A stretch of 64,000 nt of DNA, from positions 352,001-416,000 of the forward strand of contig OY969926.1 of assembly GCA_963704645.1 (NCBI GenBank), written 5' to 3'. Below are positions 59,576 through 64,000 of the stretch, piece after piece. Numbering within the stretch: the first letter of the stretch is position 1; each line of letters opens with the position of its first letter. The DNA comes from an uncultured bacterium. Lineage in GTDB: Bacteria; Patescibacteriota; JACMRA01. The notes beneath the pieces are model-generated. The model was not told where the DNA came from. It searched no databases and worked only from the letters and a program-made list of their open reading frames with translations. The position numbers and the translations under genes were made by a program.

Positions 59576-61009
59576 ATGCCTAATAATTCTAAAACCTCTC
59601 TTAAAACTATTGTAGATTTTGCCCGTCGCAAAGGTTTCGTTTTTCCTTCCTCAGAAATTTATGGAGGCTTTGCCGCCACTTATGATTTCGGCCCGCTTGG
59701 TGTTTTATTAAAGAAAAATATTGAACAAGCCTGGAGGCATTGGAACGTTACCAGCAGAACAGATATGGTAGAAATAGAAGGAGCAATTTTTATGCACCCA
59801 AAAGCCTGGGAAGCCAGTGGCCACATCGGCGGTTTCTCCGATTTATTGGTAGAAGACACAGTTACACATAAAAGGTATAGAGCAGACCATTTGGTGGAAG
59901 ATGCTAAGATTGTTTGGCCGTTGTCTGAGTCTCAAATTGTCACTAACGCAGGTTCTTTTTCCGCTGAAGAAATTGACCAAATTATTGAACATTACAAACT
60001 AAAATCACCAGATGGAAATTCTCTTTCTAAGGCTAAAAAGTTTAATTTGTTGGTTAAAACTCATTTGGGTCCTGTGGAAGATGAAACCAGTGTGGCTTAT
60101 TTAAAAGGTGAAAGTTGTGCCAACATTTATGTAGATTGGAAGGCGGTTCAAGAAACCACAAGGCGTAAATTACCTTTTGGAATTGCCCAAATTGGAAAGG
60201 CTTTCAGGAATGAAATAACAGTTAAACAGTTCATGTTCCGAACCCGTGAGTTTGAACAAATGGACGTAGAATATTTTGTAAAACCTGGGGAAGAAAGTAA
60301 GTTTTACCCCGAATGGAAGCAGAACAGATGGGATTTTTATACAAAGGCTTTAAATTTTGATGAAGCCAATTTGCAATATCGCCAGCACGATAAAGATGAA
60401 CTGGTTTTTTACGCCAAAGAAGCTTGGGACGTTGAATATAATTTTGGGGAAATTGGTTTTAAAGAACTAGAGGGAATTCACAATCGAACCGATTACGATA
60501 CTGTTCAACACAGCAAATTTTCCGGCCAAGATTTAACCTATTTTGATGCTGAAACCAACACCAGATATAACCCGTACATTGTAGAAATGTCAGCAGGTTT
60601 TAACCGAATGTACCTAGCTGTGATGTTCGAATTTTATACTGAAGAAATTCTTAAAACCGAGAAAGGTGAAGACGAAACAAGAATTGTTTTTAAATTACCT
60701 TATGTTTTAGCTCCATTTAAATTAGCAGTTTTACCTTTAATGAAAAAAGATGGGCTAGGGGAGTTTGCTTTTGAATTATACTCGAAGCTGCGCAAACAAG
60801 GAATTTCAGCCGATTACGACGAAGCTGGTTCAATTGGTAAGAGATACCGAAGACAAGACGAAAATGGTACACCATGGTGCTTATGCGTAGACTACGAAAC
60901 AATTAAAGAGGGCGAACAACAAAACACAGTAACCTTACGCCACCGAGACACAATGGAACAAACAAGAGTAGCAATTTCCGACCTAGAAAATTTCATAAAA
61001 GGTTTTTAA
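59576..61009 (+). CDS. glyQS: Glycine--tRNA ligase, alpha2 type
   Basis: SEIYGG..YDFGPLG, WEASGH, AQIGKAFRNEIT..FRTREFEQM, IGKRYRRQDE.GTP; ATG 59576 (the TTG at 59540 is the -35 box). Confidence 0.97.
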   Translation: MPNNSKTSLKTIVDFARRKGFVFPSSEIYGGFAATYDFGPLGVLLKKNIEQAWRHWNVTSRTDMVEIEGAIFMHPKAWEASGHIGGFSDLLVEDTVTHKRYRADHLVEDAKIVWPLSESQIVTNAGSFSAEEIDQIIEHYKLKSPDGNSLSKAKKFNLLVKTHLGPVEDETSVAYLKGESCANIYVDWKAVQETTRRKLPFGIAQIGKAFRNEITVKQFMFRTREFEQMDVEYFVKPGEESKFYPEWKQNRWDFYTKALNFDEANLQYRQHDKDELVFYAKEAWDVEYNFGEIGFKELEGIHNRTDYDTVQHSKFSGQDLTYFDAETNTRYNPYIVEMSAGFNRMYLAVMFEFYTEEILKTEKGEDETRIVFKLPYVLAPFKLAVLPLMKKDGLGEFAFELYSKLRKQGISADYDEAGSIGKRYRRQDENGTPWCLCVDYETIKEGEQQNTVTLRHRDTMEQTRVAISDLENFIKGF

Positions 61010-61011
61010 AT

Positions 61012-61085
61012 GTAGGGGCGAACCCCGTGTCGCCATTGGTGCAGTATAAATAAAAAAACCATGCAGGGGCATGATTTATCCGCCC
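61012..61085 (+). repeat. Two degenerate GTAG-type REP-like palindromes
   Basis: GTAGGGGCGAACCCCGTGTCGCC (61012-34) and GCAGGGGCATGATTTATCCGCCC (61063-85). Confidence 0.55.
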
Positions 61086-61174
61086 ACCTTGGCCAAGCGA
61101 ATGAATTGACCAAACAAATATTCTGTGCCACGTTAGAAAAAGGAAAATTTAAAACATTTTCTTAAATTCAAATA

Positions 61175-61561
61175 TTGAGGAAGCTAGAAGTGTCAGAAAG
61201 ATGTCCATCAAAAGCGATTCAAAATGAATCTATTAAAGCTTACCATAACACTGATGATAACACAGTTTGGTTTAGCAAGTTGAATGATGTTGAAGATGAT
61301 CAGCTTACACTGTTACAAGGTTTTAAAATTCTTAAAGCATTATTAGAGTTTTTAAAATTTGATGTATCAGGCGCTGGATCGATTCAAGATTTATTGAGGT
61401 TTGGTAAGCAAGATCGTACTTTCTATAGTTTTAAATCTCAGTATATTCTGGGAGATCAAGAAGTAATGCTTTCAACAAAATTAACTAATGAAAGTTTTGA
61501 AAACACGATTTTCTTCCCTGAAGAGAGTCTTGCCAAAGCTTTTTATGATTCTCTAAATTAA
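61175..61561 (+). CDS. Hypothetical protein
   Basis: 128-aa ORF (start may be GTG 61190) followed by a terminator hairpin. Confidence 0.55.
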   Translation: MRKLEVSERCPSKAIQNESIKAYHNTDDNTVWFSKLNDVEDDQLTLLQGFKILKALLEFLKFDVSGAGSIQDLLRFGKQDRTFYSFKSQYILGDQEVMLSTKLTNESFENTIFFPEESLAKAFYDSLN

Positions 61562-61578
61562 AAAAATTATTAAGAATT

Positions 61579-61610
61579 CCCAACTGCAAAACTGTGTAGT
61601 TGGGGTTTTA
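61579..61610 (+). terminator. Intrinsic terminator
   Basis: CCCAACTGCA/TGTAGTTGGG stem followed by a T-run. Confidence 0.7.
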
Positions 61611-61638
61611 TTTTTTGCCTAAAATTTCATCCAAAATC

Positions 61639-62580
61639 CTACTTCTTCAAGCTTTCAATATACCAATCAAAAGTAAGCTTAAATCCTTCTTCGTAACTTG
61701 TTGGTTTTAAATTAGGAAACAAACTTTCAAATTTGCTAGAATCTAGGTTGTAATCGTTTTCGCTTTGATACATCATTTCGTGTAGTTCTCTTAAAATTGG
61801 AACAAAAATACCTAGCCACCAAGCTGTGTTTTGGCGTAGAGCTGTTAATTTTAGCTCTTTTCCAGAAATACTCTCCAATAATTTATGGAACTCTGTTCCT
61901 TTTAAGGGTTTCCCAGTTGGCAAATTAATGTTTCCAGAATAATTGCTTTCGGCCAGGGCAATTAAAGCTTCGGGGATGTCGTTTACAAAAGTGTAGTTAT
62001 GAATTTTTTCTGGGTTTCCAAATGCTTCAAATGTATTTTTGTTAATAATTAAATCAAAAAATCTGTCTCCTACAACAGATGTAGTTATGTTATGTCCATA
62101 AAAATCGGCTGATTTGGCTATAACGCCCTTAATTTCGCCTTTTTCAATAGCATCCAATACTAAGTCATCTAAAATTTTTCTAACCTTTCCTTTTTTGGTT
62201 TCTGGCTTTAGGGGTGAAGTTTCAAGCATTGGCCCTTCTACTAAACCGTAGCCATAAACATTATCAAAGAAAATTAGTTTAGCTCCGCTGTTTTTACAAG
62301 ATAAAATTATTCTAGAAATTAAAGGCTGCCATTCTTCTTCCCAAACCTTAGTTTTGTATTCTAGGCCAATTAACATGTAAATAGTTTCACTGCCCATGCT
62401 AACATTATCTAGCTCATTTTGTTCAGAATAATTTACTGCAAAATTTTCTACATTGGGTAAATCAAATTTAGGTTTATTTCTTCCAGCTGCTTTAACAATA
62501 TAGCCTTTTTGGGATAAAGCAAATACAAGCAACTTTCCAATATTCCCGGATGCTCCAAGTACCGTGACAGTTTTAGACAT
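61639..62580 (-). CDS. NAD-dependent epimerase/dehydratase family protein
   Basis: VLGASGNIG, FFDNVYGYG, KKGKVR, ADFYG. Confidence 0.88.
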   Translation of the reverse strand: MSKTVTVLGASGNIGKLLVFALSQKGYIVKAAGRNKPKFDLPNVENFAVNYSEQNELDNVSMGSETIYMLIGLEYKTKVWEEEWQPLISRIILSCKNSGAKLIFFDNVYGYGLVEGPMLETSPLKPETKKGKVRKILDDLVLDAIEKGEIKGVIAKSADFYGHNITTSVVGDRFFDLIINKNTFEAFGNPEKIHNYTFVNDIPEALIALAESNYSGNINLPTGKPLKGTEFHKLLESISGKELKLTALRQNTAWWLGIFVPILRELHEMMYQSENDYNLDSSKFESLFPNLKPTSYEEGFKLTFDWYIESLKK

Positions 62581-62708
62581 GTGCCAGTTAGTAATTCTTA
62601 AAATATCTTTGTCAATTTAAACAAGGCGTAGCCACAACCAAATGTATTATCTTAATATAATTATTGACTAATTTAAGTTATGCTATAAATATTAGTAGTG
62701 TTTTAATA

Positions 62709-63011
62709 ATGGACAACATAATGGCAGTAGCAGAATTGCTGAATTACATGGTAGATTCACCTCCTGTTGCAGCAGAGATTGTTAAAAGGTTAACATGTAG
62801 AACGCTAAATGAAAATACTACAGTTTTTTTGAAAAGCGATTCCACTGTTATTGTAGTCTCATACGACCGCAGCCTTATTGAAAATTACAAACAATTGTTT
62901 GCAGACACGGGTAATGAATTTGAGCTAATGACTTACAATTCAATTTGGGGAATAGAAACCGCCTTTCCAGATTATAACGAAGCTCTTGAATTCTATAATA
63001 ACTTAATTTAA
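62709..63011 (+). CDS. Hypothetical protein
   Basis: ATG 62709; C-terminus resembles that of 61175-61561. Confidence 0.5.
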   Translation: MDNIMAVAELLNYMVDSPPVAAEIVKRLTCRTLNENTTVFLKSDSTVIVVSYDRSLIENYKQLFADTGNEFELMTYNSIWGIETAFPDYNEALEFYNNLI

Positions 63012-63064
63012 TATAACAAATTATTAAATTTAAATCGCTCCTAAAAATTTTAGGGGCTTTATTA

Positions 63065-63478
63065 TTATATTTTTTCCAAACCGTTCAAAATTGAAAATAC
63101 TAACTCTGGAGATTGTCCTCCTACCAAATCTTGTGTTAATTTGCTATAAACATTAGCTAATTTAAGCTCTGTGGTTTGTTCTAAACCTAATTCATTAAAC
63201 TCTACAAATGCAGCTGCTAAAATAGCTTTTACAAGTAAAAATGTTTTGCTTGAAGTACGAAGTTTCAATTCTAAAAAACTTTGAAAGTCGGAATCTAATT
63301 CTTGTAATTTAGAAACTTTTGTTGAAACAAATTCAGTCCATCCTTCGGGGTAAATAAAATCTTCAATTATGGGCAGCTCAGAAATATCTTCTTGTAGTAT
63401 GTTGGAATCGTAATCTTTCCAGAACAGAATTTGATATATTTTACTAACCAGAAGAAATCTATTTTCTTTTAGCCACAT
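63065..63478 (-). CDS. Divergent NusB-like antitermination factor
   Basis: All-helical; ELD..,KAIL..EF, KL....GGQSPELVFSILNGL follows the NusB pattern; directly downstream of rpmF. Confidence 0.6.
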   Translation of the reverse strand: MWLKENRFLLVSKIYQILFWKDYDSNILQEDISELPIIEDFIYPEGWTEFVSTKVSKLQELDSDFQSFLELKLRTSSKTFLLVKAILAAAFVEFNELGLEQTTELKLANVYSKLTQDLVGGQSPELVFSILNGLEKI

Positions 63479-63491
63479 AATTTAAAAATAA

Positions 63492-63677
63492 CTAAACTAA
63501 CTTAGCTAAAATTTTCTTTCCTTTGTAAAAACCACAGTTAGCACATACTGCATGTGGTCTTACTCTGCTTGCACAATTTGAACAGGTAGCTAATTGCACA
63601 GCAAATACTTTACCGTGTCCTTGACTTCTTCTATTTCCTTGTCTTCTTTTGGTTAATCTTTTTTTAGGTACAGCCAT
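63492..63677 (-). CDS. rpmF: 50S ribosomal protein L32
   Basis: MAVPKKR..RR, CSNC..PHAVCANCGFYKG. Confidence 0.97.
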   Translation of the reverse strand: MAVPKKRLTKRRQGNRRSQGHGKVFAVQLATCSNCASRVRPHAVCANCGFYKGKKILAKLV

Positions 63678-63678
63678 A

Positions 63679-64000
63679 CTAATTTTTTAATACAATGGTT
63701 TGGGCGATACTATCATGTACACTCATTTTGGTAGACCTTGTCAAGATAAGAATCAAACTTGCTGTTTGTAACCAGCTTAAAATTGCCACAAAAGTACCAA
63801 AACTAGGGTTTAAATAGCTAATTGCTAAAAAGATAAATAACATTACCCAAACAGTCTCACGTGCCACACTTTGTATCCAAGAAATTGGTTTTTGGGTTAA
63901 ACTTAAAACCTTTATTTTGAATAATTTTTTACCTAAAGTATTAAACTTTGACTTGGTAAGAATTATAAAATAGATACAATGAATAGTAAGCAACATTAAA
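63679..64000 (-). CDS. RDD family protein (5'-truncated by the window edge)
   Basis: TLGKKLFKIKV, ARE, HDSIAQTIV. Confidence 0.85.
   Translation of the reverse strand, partial: LMLLTIHCIYFIILTKSKFNTLGKKLFKIKVLSLTQKPISWIQSVARETVWVMLFIFLAISYLNPSFGTFVAILSWLQTASLILILTRSTKMSVHDSIAQTIVLKN

Noticed and set aside
4508-60902. Numerous 60-100 aa ORFs nested in or antisense to long genes
   Set aside because: They overlap well-supported CDSs and show no motifs of their own
1-64000. Alternative genetic code (UGA=Gly, or general UAG recoding)
   Set aside because: Long genes are intact in code 11, and TGA and TAG end ORFs at plausible C-termini (e.g. 52168, 11232); only the IS and decayed remnants contain internal stops
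1-64000. CRISPR array, rRNA or prophage
   Set aside because: No regularly spaced direct repeats, rRNA motifs or phage structural genes seen

Overview
AT-rich bacterial chromosome segment read with the standard code. The gene mix (pilM, stand-alone housekeeping genes, alpha2-type GlyRS, ThrRS lacking the TGS domain, many divergent or catalytically degenerate enzymes) suggests a Patescibacteria/CPR-like reduced genome; this assignment is an inference. The window holds about 60 CDSs, 4 tRNAs (Val-GAC, His-GTG, Ala-TGC, Ser-TGA), two 1057-bp copies of an IS256-family (IS1249-like) element with 24-bp TIRs and 8-bp TSDs (one copy splits a sensor kinase), and several REP-like palindromes. Highlight 1 is a minus-strand threonine-sensing locus at 30969-35808. 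A near-consensus promoter drives an unannotated leaderless peptide MQIFVITTTTTQIRE with a terminator/antiterminator. It is followed by a solo PemK/MazF-like toxin with a candidate antisense sRNA at its 3' end, a ThrRS carrying a whole HAD-phosphatase domain inside its editing domain, and a DUF262 + HEPN pair. Highlight 2 is a ~580-nt ORF-free, promoter-led, densely base-paired region at 17386-17968, a candidate large structured ncRNA. Highlight 3 is a heliorhodopsin plus carotenoid-modifying genes (CruF-like, CrtI/CrtD-like, retinol-dehydrogenase-like SDR). Highlight 4 is a recurring TTGAC(A/T) placed 34-36 nt before start codons, implying widespread leaderless transcripts. All protein calls come from motif recognition by eye; no database search or folding program was run.
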